A stretch of DNA of 64,000 nt from Octopus vulgaris (GCA_951406725.2 OX597822.1:29946001-30010000); one strand, 5' to 3'; numbered from the stretch's first letter, positions 41,073 through 55,289 are shown. The notes: generated by a model from the sequence alone, not told the origin. Numbers and translations are program-made.

Positions 41073-41494
41073 AGAAAAGATTGTATATTCTGTCGTGAAG
41101 GCAGTACTCTGAGGAATACGATGAATCAAGTGTAACACATTCAAATGCACGTAGGCACATACACATCCGAAATTATGGCAGCTTATCAATGATTTAAACT
41201 ACAATAAACAACTGTTCAAAAATTTCTGTTTATTAAAAAATTATGAAGTTATCAAGATTTTATATTTAAAGCTCAAGTTTGCATTACTCACGGTTTTGCT
41301 CTTTTTGAAATATTATTTTATTAATTTCACAGCTTACCTAACTCCATCTCTAATGGCAATCAGTCGGTTATGACGATGAATGTGATAACTGATCCAATCA
41401 AACGAAGAGCCTGCTTGTGAAATCAACATCCAAGTGGCTGTGCACTGCACAAACACGCGTAACACATAATGTGAAAAGACTGGCTCTTTGAATT

Positions 41495-41640
41495 ACAGAT
41501 GCATATCATTTCTGCCATTTGAGTTGGGTGGAGCAACGTTAATTAAATTGTCTTACTCAAAGACAACGCACCGTCAGGAATCGAACTCACGACCTTACAT
41601 TTGAGAGCCGAAAACCTTAACTGCTAAGCTACGTGCCTTC
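41495..41640 (-). mobile_element. SINE family D, degenerate (duplicate about 45315-45460)
   Basis: GGAATCGAACTC B box on minus strand plus CORE-like block. Confidence 0.6.
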
Positions 41641-41800
41641 ACAATTCCATCTCGCAATATAGTATTGTGCCACAACGCACTGTTTGGAAACTACTGCTGC
41701 GCATAAAGACCTAGTTTTCTGTGGTTCTTTATCCACCCAATTCTTTACTGATTTCATTACTCTATATATGGAACAAAATCACAAAATTCTTATGTTACTT

Positions 41801-42187
41801 AGGAGCGGCTGTATGGTAAGCAGCTTGTTTACCAACCAAATGGTTCCGGGTTCAGTCCCACTGTGTGGCACCTTGGGCAAATGTCATCTACTGTAGACTC
41901 GGGCCGACCAAAGCCTTGTGAGTGGATTTGGTAGACGGAAACTGAAAGAAGCCCGTCGTATATATATGCGTGTGTGTGTATATGTTTGTGTGTGTTCCCC
42001 CTCCCCCCAACATCGCTTGACAACCGATGCTGGTGTGTTCACGTCCCCCTAACTTAGCGGTTCGATAAAAGAGCCGATAGAATACGTACTAGGCTTACAA
42101 AGAACAAGTCCTGCGGTCGATTTGCTCGACTAAATGCGGTGGTCCAGCATAGCTACAGTCAAATGACTGAAACAAGTAAAAGAATAA
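41801..42187 (+). mobile_element. SINE family A (duplicate 45621-46005)
   Basis: Aligns with the 16253 copy. Confidence 0.88.
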
Positions 42188-42684
42188 ATGACGAAATATG
42201 TATCAGAGATGGGTGCAAATTTGTTTGATATTTGTATCTTTCTTGTGAAAGCACATGACCTAGTGATTAAGTTGCTCAACTCATAATCATAATGTTGTGG
42301 GTTCTAATCTTGGATCGGGCGGCACGCGAAATTTTTTTTTTCCAGGACAGTTCCGGACTCCAGTTATGAACTCATTTGCATGCAGCCAATCAGAGCTCGA
42401 CTATAAAACTAAGTTATGAGCACATATTGCTGGGGTCCGAAACTCTTGTGGGAAAAATATGTAGGCAGGACCTTGTCCCTGATCAAACTACTTCATATCA
42501 AAATGCTTCAAGTTCCTCTACTGTTTCGGGTGGGAGTTATTTCTGGCAGATTCGCTGGGACAGGGATAAATAGTCCTAAACAGTGTTTATGTCTGCTGTC
42601 GACTAAACGGAGACCTAAAAATTAGCGAAAGCAGTGTACGTCACGGAGTCATGCACATGCGCGGCCCACGCATCTATCCATCTT

Positions 42685-42721
<37 letters not shown>

Positions 42722-42749
42722 TTATCTATCTACCTACCTACCTACCTAC

Positions 42750-42819
<70 letters not shown>

Positions 42820-43253
42820 GTCTGTCTGTCTGTCTGTCTGTCAATCTATCTATCTATCTCCAGCGTTTTCCACCTTTTATTAATTTTACTAATGTGTTTC
42901 TCTTTACCGATAGAGTCTCTAGTGTTTCTCACACTCTGTCCATCTTTCTCTCTTTCTCTCTCCCCTCTCTTTCTCTCGCGCTTTCTCTCTTGTTGAAAGA
43001 ACAATGCATATTATGAATGCAGGTACACTACTGAGGCAATTTCTTTTTTGGTATGCATAAAAGCAAATTTTAGTATGCATAAACCAGCTGGTTTTGAGCA
43101 GAACCACAGCATTTTCTTCAGAAGATGAAGGGAAACCAGTTAACAACTAACTGATCAGTCGAAACAGCTGTAAAGATATGAACTAATTGTAACATGCTTT
43201 TTCTGTCTTTCTACTTCCAACCTCGCTCGATTTCGATCATACGTCGAGCCAAA

Positions 43254-43284
<31 letters not shown>

Positions 43285-43349
43285 ATATGTATGTATATGA
43301 ATATATATTCACGTAGATTGAAATATCGGTCTCTCTCTCTCTCTCTCTC

Positions 43350-43388
<39 letters not shown>

Positions 43389-46300
43389 AGAGAGAGAGAG
43401 AGGGGGAAAGAGAGTGGTTAGAGCGTCGAGCTTACGATCGTGAGGTTGTGAGTTTGATTCCCGGACCGAGCTGCATGTTGTGTTCTTGAGTAAGACACTT
43501 TATTTCACGTTGCTCCAGTTCACTCAGCTATAAAAATGAGTTGCGGCATCACTGGTGCCAAGCTGTATCGGCCTTTCCCTTGGATAAAATCAGTGGTGTG
43601 GAGAAGGAGGCTGGTATGCATGGGCGACTGCTGGCCTTCCATAAAACAACCTTGCCCGGACTTGTTCCTCAGAGGGTAACTTTCTAGGTGCAATCCCATG
43701 GTCATTCATGACTGAAGGGGTCTCCTCTCTTATATATATAATATATATACCGCCGTCTATAATGCTTATGATGTGTCGACAACCGTGGAATGCTACTAGC
43801 TGAAATATTTTCTCTCATAGAAACATCTTAAAGAGACAGATGTCTCTTTGCTCACAGCATCAGTTGACTACCAGACAAGGCGTTCCGACCAGATTTGCTG
43901 TCTGCAGTGAATAACTGGATATTTTGATCTAAATCGAAAAATACTTGTTCCTATACAAAAATCAGTTAACAAGGAATTTACTGACAAGTGCGAAAAGCAA
44001 TCTGACTAAAATCAAATTAATATACGTTCATAAAACAGTTTTACATTAAAATAGCGGTAGAAAATATATATTTGGGACTGAAACCTTATGATTTTTGCTT
44101 CGTTAGCTACTAAACAAATGAGAATTAGATTAAATATGAGTGGAATATTAATTCTTTTTGTTACGAAGTGGCAGAGTCGGTAGAGTACCGGAGAAAATTT
44201 CTTGTGGTATTTATTCCACGAAGCGTTCTATACCACTCTCTACACTCTGAGTTCGAATCCTGCCAAAGTTAACTTCAATTTTTATCTTTTCGAAGTCGCT
44301 AACAAAATATACCAACCAATGGCAATAAATTGGCAGGACTGTATATACGTCAGAACGGTCATCATGCAGTATTAGTACCAGCTCTTTGAGTCCTGACTTC
44401 CAATCCCTCTACGGCCTTCCTACTTGGCACACTTAGTCCGACACCCGTCTTAACACCACTACATTGCATCTTGGGTTCATTTAGCGAGAATTCGAGACTG
44501 GTCTCTGGTATGAGATCACATTGAACACTGCTTTCTCTCCCATGGTTAAAGAAGAGAAAGATAAATTAACGCGAAACAGATTTTTTCTTCTCCTCTAAAA
44601 TAAACTGATCAACCAATCAATTATAATAGAAGCAATTCCGGCCGCCATTGATTGTCAGTTCGGTATAGTGGTCACATTGTATAGGCAGCGAGCTGGCAGA
44701 ATCGTTAGCACGCCGGGCGAAATACTTAGCAGTATTTCGCCTGTCGCTACGTTCTGTGTTCAAATTCCGCCGAGGTCAACTTCGCCTTTCATCCTTTCGG
44801 GGTCGATAAATTATGTACCAGTTAAAAACTGGTGTCGATGTTATCGACTGTTCCCCTCCCCACAAAATCAAGGCCATGTGCCTAGAGTAGAAAAGAAAAG
44901 ATTGTATATTCTGTCGTGAAGGCAGTACTCTGAGGAATACGATGAATCAAGTGTAACACATTCAAATGCACGTAGGCACATACACATCCGAAATTATGGC
45001 AGCTTATCAATGATTTAAACTACAATAAACAACTGTTCAAAAATTTCTGTTTATTAAAAAATTATGAAGTTATCAAGATTTTATATTTAAAGCTCAAGTT
45101 TGCATTACTCACGGTTTTGCTCTTTTTGAAATATTATTTTATTAATTTCACAGCTTACCTAACTCCATCTCTAATGGCAATCAGTCGGTTATGACGATGA
45201 ATGTGATAACTGATCCAATCAAACGAAGAGCCTGCTTGTGAAATCAACATCCAAGTGGCTGTGCACTGCACAAACACGCGTAACACATAATGTGAAAAGA
45301 CTGGCTCTTTGAATTACAGATGCATATCATTTCTGCCATTTGAGTTGGGTGGAGCAACGTTAATTAAATTGTCTTACTCAAAGACAACGCACCGTCAGGA
45401 ATCGAACTCACGACCTTACATTTGAGAGCCGAAAACCTTAACTGCTAAGCTACGTGCCTTCACAATTCCATCTCGCAATATAGTATTGTGCCACAACGCA
45501 CTGTTTGGAAACTACTGCTGCGCATAAAGACCTAGTTTTCTGTGGTTCTTTATCCACCCAATTCTTTACTGATTTCATTACTCTATATATGGAACAAAAT
45601 CACAAAATTCTTATGTTACTTAGGAGCGGCTGTATGGTAAGCAGCTTGTTTACCAACCAAATGGTTCCGGGTTCAGTCCCACTGTGTGGCACCTTGGGCA
45701 AATGTCATCTACTGTAGACTCGGGCCGACCAAAGCCTTGTGAGTGGATTTGGTAGGCGGAAACTGAAAGAAGCCCGTCGTATATATATGCGTGTGTGTGT
45801 ATATGTTTGTGTGTGTTCCCCCCCCCCAACATCGCTTGACAACCGATGCTGGTGTGTTCACGTCCCCCTAACTTAGCGGTTCGATAAAAGAGCCGATAGA
45901 ATACGTACTAGGCTTACAAAGAACAAGTCCTGCGGTCGATTTGCTCGACTAAATGCGGTGGTCCAGCATAGCTACAGTCAAATGACTGAAACAAGTAAAA
46001 GAATAAATGACGAAATATGTATCAGAGATGGGTGCAAATTTGTTTGATATTTGTATCTTTCTTGTGAAAGCACATGACCTAGTGATTAAGTTGCTCAACT
46101 CATAATCATAATGTTGTGGGTTCTAATCTTGGATCGGGCGGCACGCGAAATTTTTTTTTTCCAGGACAGTTCCGGACTCCAGTTATGAACTCATTTGCAT
46201 GCAGCCAATCAGAGCTCGACTATAAAACTAAGTTATGAGCACATATTGCTGGGGTCCGAAACTCTTGTGGGAAAAATATGTAGGCAGGACCTTGTCCCTG

Positions 46301-46503
46301 ATCAAACTACTTCATATCAAAATGCTTCAAGTTCCTCTACTGTTTCGGGTGGGAGTTATTTCTGGCAGATTCGCTGGGACAGGGATAAATAGTCCTAAAC
46401 AGTGTTTATGTCTGCTGTCGACTAAACGGAGACCTAAAAATTAGCGAAAGCAGTGTACGTCACGGAGTCATGCACATGCGCGGCCCACGCATCTATCCAT
46501 CTT

Positions 46504-46563
<60 letters not shown>

Positions 46564-46580
46564 CCTACCTACCTACCTAC

Positions 46581-46637
<57 letters not shown>

Positions 46638-46711
46638 GATCGATCGATCGATCGATCGATCGATCGATCTATCTATCTATCTGCATGTCTGTCGTCCAGG
46701 TACATAGATAG

Positions 46712-46744
<33 letters not shown>

Positions 46745-46753
46745 TAGATAGGT

Positions 46754-46786
<33 letters not shown>

Positions 46787-47412
46787 AATAGACAGATAGA
46801 ATAGATAGATAGATAGAACAGATAGATAGATAAATAGATAGATAGATAGATAGAAAGATAGATAGATACGGATGGCTCTGTACTAAACGGTACTCTACCT
46901 TTCGTAAGACCATTAGAAGCATGAGTAAAGGGCATCGTAAACTGGCATTGAATTCAAACAAATTTTTTTTAAAACTCGGTTCAATGTTGGATTCTTTGTA
47001 TTACAGAGAACTGTACTCTGTGCACCATGTTTTTCAGAAACCTTAATTTTGTGACGATGAGTCACATAGGTGTGAAGCGCTTAGAAGGATGATAAAAAAG
47101 CTCTGTCAGTTAAATGTCAGCACCAAAATAGTAGACTGAAAATGACATCATTCGCCTTTGTTACGCATTATAAGTGAAATAATGTAATATTTTTTATGAA
47201 TACGTCGATAGAGTAAAACCATAAGTTTTACGATTTAATATTACATCTACATGAATATTACCGATTTAATAGTTTGTTTCCTATACTTTCGCTACACGTC
47301 ACTTTTCGATTTTTTCTGCTATGTTACCTGTCAACGCCCATCGTGACGATAAATAATACAAATGTTTAAGGAAAGAGACAGACTACACCCACGTCCATAA
47401 TCATTATTAATG

Positions 47413-48450
47413 TTTCATTATTAACATATTTATTGCCATTCCCCAACTTCGTGATCCAACGTACAGAATACCGGCGGCGAGCTGGCAGAAACGTTAGCAC
47501 GCCAGGCGAAATACTTTGCAGTATTTTGTCTGCCACTACGTTCTGAGTTCAAATTCCGCTTAGGTCGACTTTGCCTTTCATCCTTTCGGGGTCGATTAAA
47601 TAAGTACCAGTTACACATAGGGGTCGATGTAATCGACTTAGTACCTTTGTCTGTTTGTCCCCTCTATGTTTAGCCCCCTGTGGGCAATAAAGAAATAAAT
47701 ATTTCATTATCAGCATATTTATTGCCTTTCCACAAATTCGTGATCTTAAGTACAGAATACCGGCGGCGAGCTGGCAGAAACGTTAGCACGCCAGGCGAAA
47801 TACTTTGCAGTATTTTGTCTGCCACTACGTTCTGAGTTCAAATTCCGCATAGGTCGACTTTGCCTTTCATCCTTTCGGGGTCGATTAAATAAGTACCAGT
47901 TACACATAGGGGTCGATGTAATCGACTTAGTACCTTTGTCTGTTTGTCCCCTCTATGTTTAGCCCCCTGTGGGCAATAAAGAAATAAATATTTCATTATC
48001 AGCATATTTATTGCCTTTCCACAAATTCGTGATCTTAAGTACAGAATACCGGCGGCGAGCTGGAAGAAACGTTAGCACGCTGAGCGAAATGCGTAGCCGT
48101 ATTTCGTCTGCCGTTATGTTCTTAGTTCAAATTCCACCGAGGTCGACTTTGCCTTTCATCCTTTCAGGGTCGATTAAATAAGTACCAGTTACGCACTTAA
48201 TCCGTCTGTCTGTCCTTGTTTGTCCTCTGTGTGTTTAGCCCCTTGTGGATAGTAAAGAAATAGGTATTTCGTCTGTCGCTACGTTCTGAGTTCAAATTCC
48301 GCTGAGGTCGACTTTGCCTTTTATCCTTTCGGGGTCGATTTACAAGTGCCAGTTACGCACTGGGGTCGATGTAATCGACTTAATCCGTTTGTCTGTCCTT
48401 GTTTGTCCCTTCTGTGTTTAACCCCTTTTGGGTAGTAAAGAAATAAGAAA
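47413..48450 (+). repeat. 289 bp tandem repeat of spacer + SINE family B (units at about 47413, 47702, 47991) followed by further SINE pieces
   Basis: TTTCATTAT..TACAGAATACCGGCGGCGAGC recurs with period 289. Confidence 0.9.
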
Positions 48451-48981
48451 CAAAATTATTAGCGGCATTTCGCACATCTTCACTTTCTGAGTTCAAATTC
48501 CACCAAGATCGACTACGCCTTTCATCATTCCGAGGTCGATAAAAGAAACACCAGTTGAACACTGGGTCGATGTAGTCAACTTATCCACTCCCCGAAACTG
48601 CTGGCCTTGTCCAAAAGTTTTAAACGAATATACACTTTGGGAGGGGCGAGCGCTAAGTTGTTGACGTACCAGGGTATCGACGTATTCTGTACTTAAGATC
48701 ACGAATTTGGGAAACGCCAATAAATATGTTATTAAACTCATCTTATGTTGTTATATAAAAAGAAACTAATTGTCAAAGGAGCACCAAAATGTTATGCTGT
48801 TCATTCAAGTATGATCAAATCACGATATTGATTGTCATAAGGAACACCTCATTGTTATCTTGTTTATTTAAGCGTGATCACATCACGATAGCGAGAAAGC
48901 GACTGATCGCTGTTAATTATATACCTACTGATTCAGTATCAATATTTTCATAGCGAAAACACAAGTAAAAAAATGAATATT

Positions 48982-48982
48982 C

Positions 48983-49013
<31 letters not shown>

Positions 49014-49247
49014 GCAATGACAATGATAATAATAATAATAATAATAATAATAGTAATAATAATAACGATAACGATAACAATAATAATAATAATAATGATA
49101 ATAATAATCATAATCATAATAATAACAACAACAACAACAACAACAATAATAATAATAATAATGATAATCATAATCATAATCATAATAATAACAATAATAA
49201 TAATAACAATAATAATAACAATAATAATAATAATGGCAATGGCAATG

Positions 49248-49311
<64 letters not shown>

Positions 49312-49376
49312 TAATAATAACAATAATAATAACAATAATAATAACAATAATAATAATAATAATGGCAATGGCAATG

Positions 49377-49440
<64 letters not shown>

Positions 49441-49441
49441 T
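48982..49441. repeat. compound (AAT)n array with higher-order ATGGCAATGGCAATG units
   Basis: Variant units at about 49011, 49233 and 49362. Confidence 0.9.
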
Positions 49442-50072
49442 ACTTTCTACTATAGGCAGAAGGTATGAAATTTGGGAGAGGGGGTGTGAAGGTAATCGAT
49501 TACATCGACCCCACTGCTCAACTGCTACTTAATTTATTGACCCCGAAAGGATGAAAGGCAAAGTCAACCTCGGCGGAATTTGAACTCAGAACGTAGCGAC
49601 AGACACAATACCGCTAAGCATTTTGTTAGGAATGCTAACGATTCTGCCAGCTCACCAACTTAATAGTAATTATTATCATTTTAATTTTTTTGCCACAAGG
49701 GCAGCTTAGGGGAAGTAGGGATGAGTCGTTTACATCGACCCAGTGTTCAACTGGAACTTATTTCATCGACCCCGAAAGAATGAAAGGCAAAGTCAACCTC
49801 GGCGGAATTTGAACTCAGAATGTAAGGTCGGGCGAAATACCTAATTCTTTACTACCCACAAGGGGCTAAACACAGAGGGGACAAACAATGACAGACAGAC
49901 GGATTAAGTCGATTACATCGACCCCAGTGCGTAACTGGTACTTAATTTATCGACCCCGAAAGGATGAAAGGCAAAGTCGACCTCGGCGGAATTTGAACTC
50001 AGAACGTAGCGGCAGACGAAATAACACTAAGCATTTCGCCCGGTGGGCTAACGTTTCTGCCAGCTCGCCGCC
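49441..50072 (-). mobile_element. three stacked SINE family B copies
   Basis: Three CGACCCCGAAAGxATGAAAGGCAAAGTC blocks. Confidence 0.85.
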
Positions 50073-50145
<73 letters not shown>

Positions 50146-50614
50146 TGATGATGATGATGATAATAATAATGATAATAATAATGATAACAATAATCAGTTA
50201 ATTCAACAGTATATCATGAAGACAATCAATTCCTTCATCCAAATCACGTATCAAGAATGGTGTAGGTTTCGAAGTGTGGTTACCATGAATTACTTAATGT
50301 AGACAATGTTAAAAAAACAAAGATATAAACGCACGAAACGTGACTAAGGATTCTGCTCAGCCTACTCACTATTCTGTCACGTCACCTCCCTAAACTCTGC
50401 TATATATATTGAATGTCCAAAATGAGTTGCTATCTTTACTTCAATAACGACTCGTGAGTCGATTGATCACTCAAACACCTGGACATTGAGCGACCTATAT
50501 CTAACATTACGTCATAAATGTCTCCTGTTTAATTCATATCGGCAGACATTACAAACACGCACAATTACACACACAGATGTATATATACATACGTTGTATA
50601 CACACACATATATA

Positions 50615-50720
<106 letters not shown>

Positions 50721-50723
50721 TGT

Positions 50724-51018
50724 GGAGGCGCAATGGCCTAGTGGTTAGGGCAGCGGACTCGCGGTCGTAGGATCGCGGTTTCGATTCCCAGACCGGGCGT
50801 TGTGAGTGTTTATTGAGCGAAAACACCTAAAAGCTCCACGAGTCTCCGGCAGGGGATGGTGGCGATCCCTGCTGTACTCTTTCGCCACAACTTTCTCTCA
50901 CTCTTTCTTCTGTTGGCTGCTCGCTTAGCCAGCGGGGTGGCGTCATTTGAAGACTAAAACAATGCGAAGCGCATTGTGTAACAACATCTGATGGCCTGGT
51001 CGGTCACGGTGATCACGG
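50724..51018 (+). mobile_element. tRNA-derived SINE family C, full length
   Basis: A box TGGCCTAGTGG, B box GGTTTCGATTCC, TCACGGTGA tandem tail. Confidence 0.85.
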
Positions 51019-51034
51019 TGAATTATACACATAC

Positions 51035-51216
51035 GGGGTGCGGTGAATATATTGTCGTCTAAATTACTCAAAAATGAAAATAACACTGACATCCCATTTT
51101 AATAGATGTTTACCAAAATTACATTAAAATCTTGAAATACTAAAGAGTAAATTTATTCAATGAAATCACCATTGGTTTCAACCACGGCCTCCAGACGATT
51201 TTGGAATCTCCTGCAA
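51035..51216 (-). mobile_element. 3' end of DD37D-like transposon (as 4670-4915)
   Basis: SCRRFQNRLEAVVETNGDFIE* on minus strand. TA|CGGGGTG terminus. Confidence 0.6.
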
Positions 51217-51540
51217 CTTTCTTTCTTTCCTTCTTTCCTTCTTTCCTTCCTTTCTTTCTTTCTTTCCTTCCTTCCTTCCTTCCTTCCTTCCTTCCTTCCT
51301 TCCTTCCTTCCTTCCTTTCTTTCTTTCTTCCTTCCTTTTCTTTCTTCCTTCCTTCCTTCTTTCTTTCTTTCTTCCTTCCTTTCTTCCTTTCTTTCTTTCT
51401 TCCTTCCTTTCTTTCTTTCTTCCTTCCTTTCTTTCTTCCTTCCTTCGTTTCTTTGTATGTATGTATGTATGTATGTATGTACGTACGTATATGTGTGTGT
51501 GTGCGTGTGTGCGTGTGTGTATGTATGTGTGTGTATGCAC
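51217..51540. repeat. (TTCC)/(TTTC)n then (TGTA)/(TG)n
   Basis: Direct reading. Confidence 0.9.
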
Positions 51541-51765
51541 AAATCTATGTATGTATGTCTCTTTCAGACAACTGGTTGTAGTCTGTCTACGTTCAGCCAA
51601 AAAGAACAATAGTATATGTCCCAGCCTTCAAAAAAAGGTGCTGGGTTGGACTTGTCCGTCTAAACCCTTCAAAGCGTTTCCTCAAATGGCTGCCGTTCAA
51701 TGACTGAAACAAGTACCTGATAAAGGATAAAAATTATTTGTAATTATTTGTATTTATATAGTATT

Positions 51766-51796
<31 letters not shown>

Positions 51797-52883
51797 CACA
51801 CATTAGCACACACATATGTATATAATCCTATAAATATTATATAAATAGAAATTGTATGTGTAGATACGTGTGCTGATGTGCGCGCGCGCGTTGTGTGCAT
51901 GTATTTGTGAATCTATATCTGAGCGCTAGTAGTGACCCATCTGGTCTATATTTTTCCTCGTACCGCGCCCTCGTATACACATATACACACACAGGCACAG
52001 CTGCACACATATGTATACTTTCTTTAATAATATATATGAATTTATATTGTGTGTGTGTATGTATATATATTTTGTGTGTGTATGTATGTTGGGCGCGCCC
52101 GTAAGTGACAATAAAGTATTAGGTCTAAGGATTGTTTACCGCATTGTTATAGGTCTCAAAAGAACAGCGATCAATTATTTGATTTTCACACTGTTTAGGC
52201 GAAGAACTACTCCTGCAAATTGCATCATTAAAATCAATAAGGATGTCTTTTGTCATGTCACAAAGCTCACATTTATTTTTATTTTTTCAAAGCATGTATT
52301 TGTTTATAGCAATATGTCCTGGTACATTTCTCAACAATTGGCTAATACGGTTAACGCCCTCCACCTACCAACAATATTTTCTTCATTGTACCGACCGAAA
52401 AAAACTCTCGGCCTTTTTAAAAAAATTTAATTTAATTTTTTTAACTTTTCTTCTAACTGTATGATATTCAACTGCATTCCTGGAAGGAAGGTAGGCGTGC
52501 AAAGTAAATCAATGTGATTCATTCACCTTGAATGAGAGACAAGTGTATCCAAAGTTTGTCTTGCGTGACATATCAGCACTCTCAATAGTTATTTATTTAG
52601 ATACACAGATCTGCAATTTTCAGGCGTTAGGACAGGCCAATACCTGCAATTCTAGCTCTAGGCAAGTATTTTAATTTATCGGCCTTGAAAAAAATGATCA
52701 GCAAAATAGACCTCGGCGGAATTCGAACTCAGAACCTAAGACCCATAAAAATGGCCGCCATTCACTTTTACGATTTTGCCAGCTCACTTAAATCTACTGG
52801 CACAAAACCAGTAACTTTAAAGGAATTGAATAGGTCAATACCATCGATCTCACTATTTTATTGATATTATATATAATATATAG

Positions 52884-53044
52884 AGGCGCAGGCGCGGTTG
52901 TGTGGTAATAAGCTTGCTTACCAACCACATGATTCCGGGTTCAATCCCACTGCGTGGCACCTTGGGAAAGTGTCTGCTACTATATCCGCAAGCCAACTAA
53001 AGTCTTGTGAGTGGATTTGGTAGACGGAAACTGAATGAAGCCCG

Positions 53045-53085
<41 letters not shown>

Positions 53086-53215
53086 TACACACATATATAT
53101 ATATATACATATATAAAAAGACGTACTGGGGTCGATTTATTCGATTAAAAATTCAAGGCGGTGCCCCAGCATGGTGACAGTCAAATGACTGAAAGAAGTA
53201 AAAGAGTAAAAAAGA
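52884..53215 (+). mobile_element. SINE family A, internally deleted
   Basis: Head and tail present, middle missing. Confidence 0.8.
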
Positions 53216-53649
53216 ATAATCTATACACACATACATACAGACAGACAGAGTTATTAATAGCGGATTGTGGATCTTGGCAAAATACTTCTCAAGTTCTCTG
53301 TTAATACAAATACACCAGATTAACAAAATGTCTTCAAAACAGATTGTAATAGGACTCCAGGTAATCCTAAGACAAGATTTACAGCTGAAGTCCATCTGCT
53401 GTCGACTTTGTAAATCTATGGTTGTATTCCTCAATTAGTATAGTATTTTTCACAGAGTCATAATACAAGAAAAGGCAAAAACAATAGGCTTTACATATTC
53501 ATTTATTTGTGAATCGATTAAGTAAATGTTCATAATTCCGTTTATTCAATTGGTCGATTAAGTAAACGGAAATGTCAGCAGAAACGATTGCTAACGGTTT
53601 AAATGAAAAATTCAACTTGCGTTCAGAGACAGTAAAAATGCAGCAATAT

Positions 53650-53990
53650 TTCCGCTGAGGTCGACTTTGCCTTTCATCCTTTCGGGGTCGATAAATTAAG
53701 TACCAGTTACGCACTGGGGTCGATGTAATCGATTTAATTCCTTTTTCTGGTCTTGTTTGTCCCCTCTATGTTTAGTCCCTTGTGGGCAATAAAGAAATAA
53801 GAAACGTTAGCACACCGAGCGAACTGTTTAGCGATATTTCGTCTCTCTTTACGTTCTGAATTCAAATTCTACTGATGTCGACTTTGCCTTTTAGGATCGA
53901 TAAATTAAGTACAATTTGCATACTGGGGTCGATCTAATCGACTGACCCTCTCCCCCAAACTTTCAGACCTTTTGCCTAGAGTAGAAAAGA
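53650..53990 (+). mobile_element. SINE family B fragments
   Basis: GAGGTCGACTTTGCCTTT occurs twice, plus tail. Confidence 0.75.
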
Positions 53991-54084
53991 ATATATGATT
54001 ATTCGGCATTATACATGGTGTTTGTAAAATTATTATTTTAGTAATGTGGGTTGCTAGTTAGTCCACATCACACCGTAAAGAGCA

Positions 54085-54300
54085 TAGGCGTGGTTTCCTG
54101 GTTTCTCTGCCGTATATATTCTTCGCCTGGACGGGACGTCGGTCCATCGCAAGCCTACTCATTTTTACCAGCTGAGTGGACTGAAGTAACGTGAAACGAG
54201 GTGTTTTTCTCAAGAACACAATGCATCGCCCAGTCCAGGAATCGAAACCACAATATTACGATCATAAATCCAACACCTTAGTCACTAAGACGCGTGCGTC
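54085..54300 (-). mobile_element. SINE family D, degenerate
   Basis: CTCAAGAACACAA CORE-like block and GGAATCGAAACC B box on minus strand. Confidence 0.65.
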
Positions 54301-54530
54301 TACAATGAGGGTTTGTAATGAGCAATACTTTATAAGGCCTACTGCTCGAAAATACCATATCTAGAAGAAACACTATTGCTTATAGCTCATCTAAATCATA
54401 GCATTTATTCTCATTAGTCTTGTACCAGAAAGATCAATATTAGAAACCAAACTCTAACCTAAACCTAACACTAACCTTAATCATAACCCAACGAAATCAC
54501 AAGAATGTACAAAGCCTAAATAATCATCGC

Positions 54531-55289
54531 GGATCTTTATCGTTTGACCGGCAGATTTACAAAAATAATTTTTTGTAAGTAAACACTTTCAAACTTCGTA
54601 TACTGGTAGAATGTGTCATATAAAATATCTTTTACTCTTAGCGTTTTTGAGAAAAGTTCAATGTTTACGAAGTTATTTCGTTTTAAAGTTGTCGTATTTC
54701 GGTAATTTCAACCAATCAATGACATGTATTCAGCTGAATAAAATTACTGCCGTTGTTTGTCAACAACAACGGCGGTGTATATTTCGTTTGTCACTGTTAT
54801 TTATGACATATTTCCTCTCAGTTATGTTTGTATGAATAAACGAGTGTATCTGAAGCATGCTTACTTCAAGGCACCACCATAATCGTTCTTGCTTGGTTTT
54901 TCATTTTTTTCCGTAACTCTAACCCTAAAACCTTAACCCTAACCCTAAAACCCAATCCTAAAACCCTACCCATAACCCTAAAACCTTAAAGCTAAAACCA
55001 GTACAAACGCACGAACGATGTCATAAATAACAGTGACAGACAAAATATATAGTTGTTGTTGACAAACAACGGCAATAATTTTATTCAGCTGAATACACGT
55101 CATTGATTGGTTAAAATTACCGAAATACGAGAATTTTAACACGAAATAACTTCATAAACACAAACTTTTCTCAAAAATGCTAAGAATAAAAGATATTTTA
55201 TATGATACATTCTACCAGTATGCGAAGTTTGAAAGTGTTTAGTTACAAAAAATTATTTTCTAAATCTGCCGGTCAAAAGGTAAAGATCC
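54531..55289. mobile_element. MITE with ~280 bp TIRs, 8 bp TSD and internal telomere-like repeats
   Basis: GGATCTTTA..TTTGACCGGCAG / CTGCCGGTCAAA..TAAAGATCC. Flanks ATCATCGC / TTCATCGC. Confidence 0.9.

Larger units (their letters stand above)
38962..46635 (+). repeat. ~3.8 kb tandem duplication (about 38962-42780 and 42780-46635)
   Basis: Colinear identity at an offset of about 3.80-3.82 kb. Both ends and the junction are (TCTA)n arrays. Confidence 0.95.

Noticed and set aside
47413-48060. CRISPR-like repeat-spacer array
   Set aside because: Whole 289 bp units are repeated with no unique spacers. The context is a eukaryotic SINE.
54915-54998. True telomere or telomerase RNA template
   Set aside because: Degenerate repeats inside a MITE.
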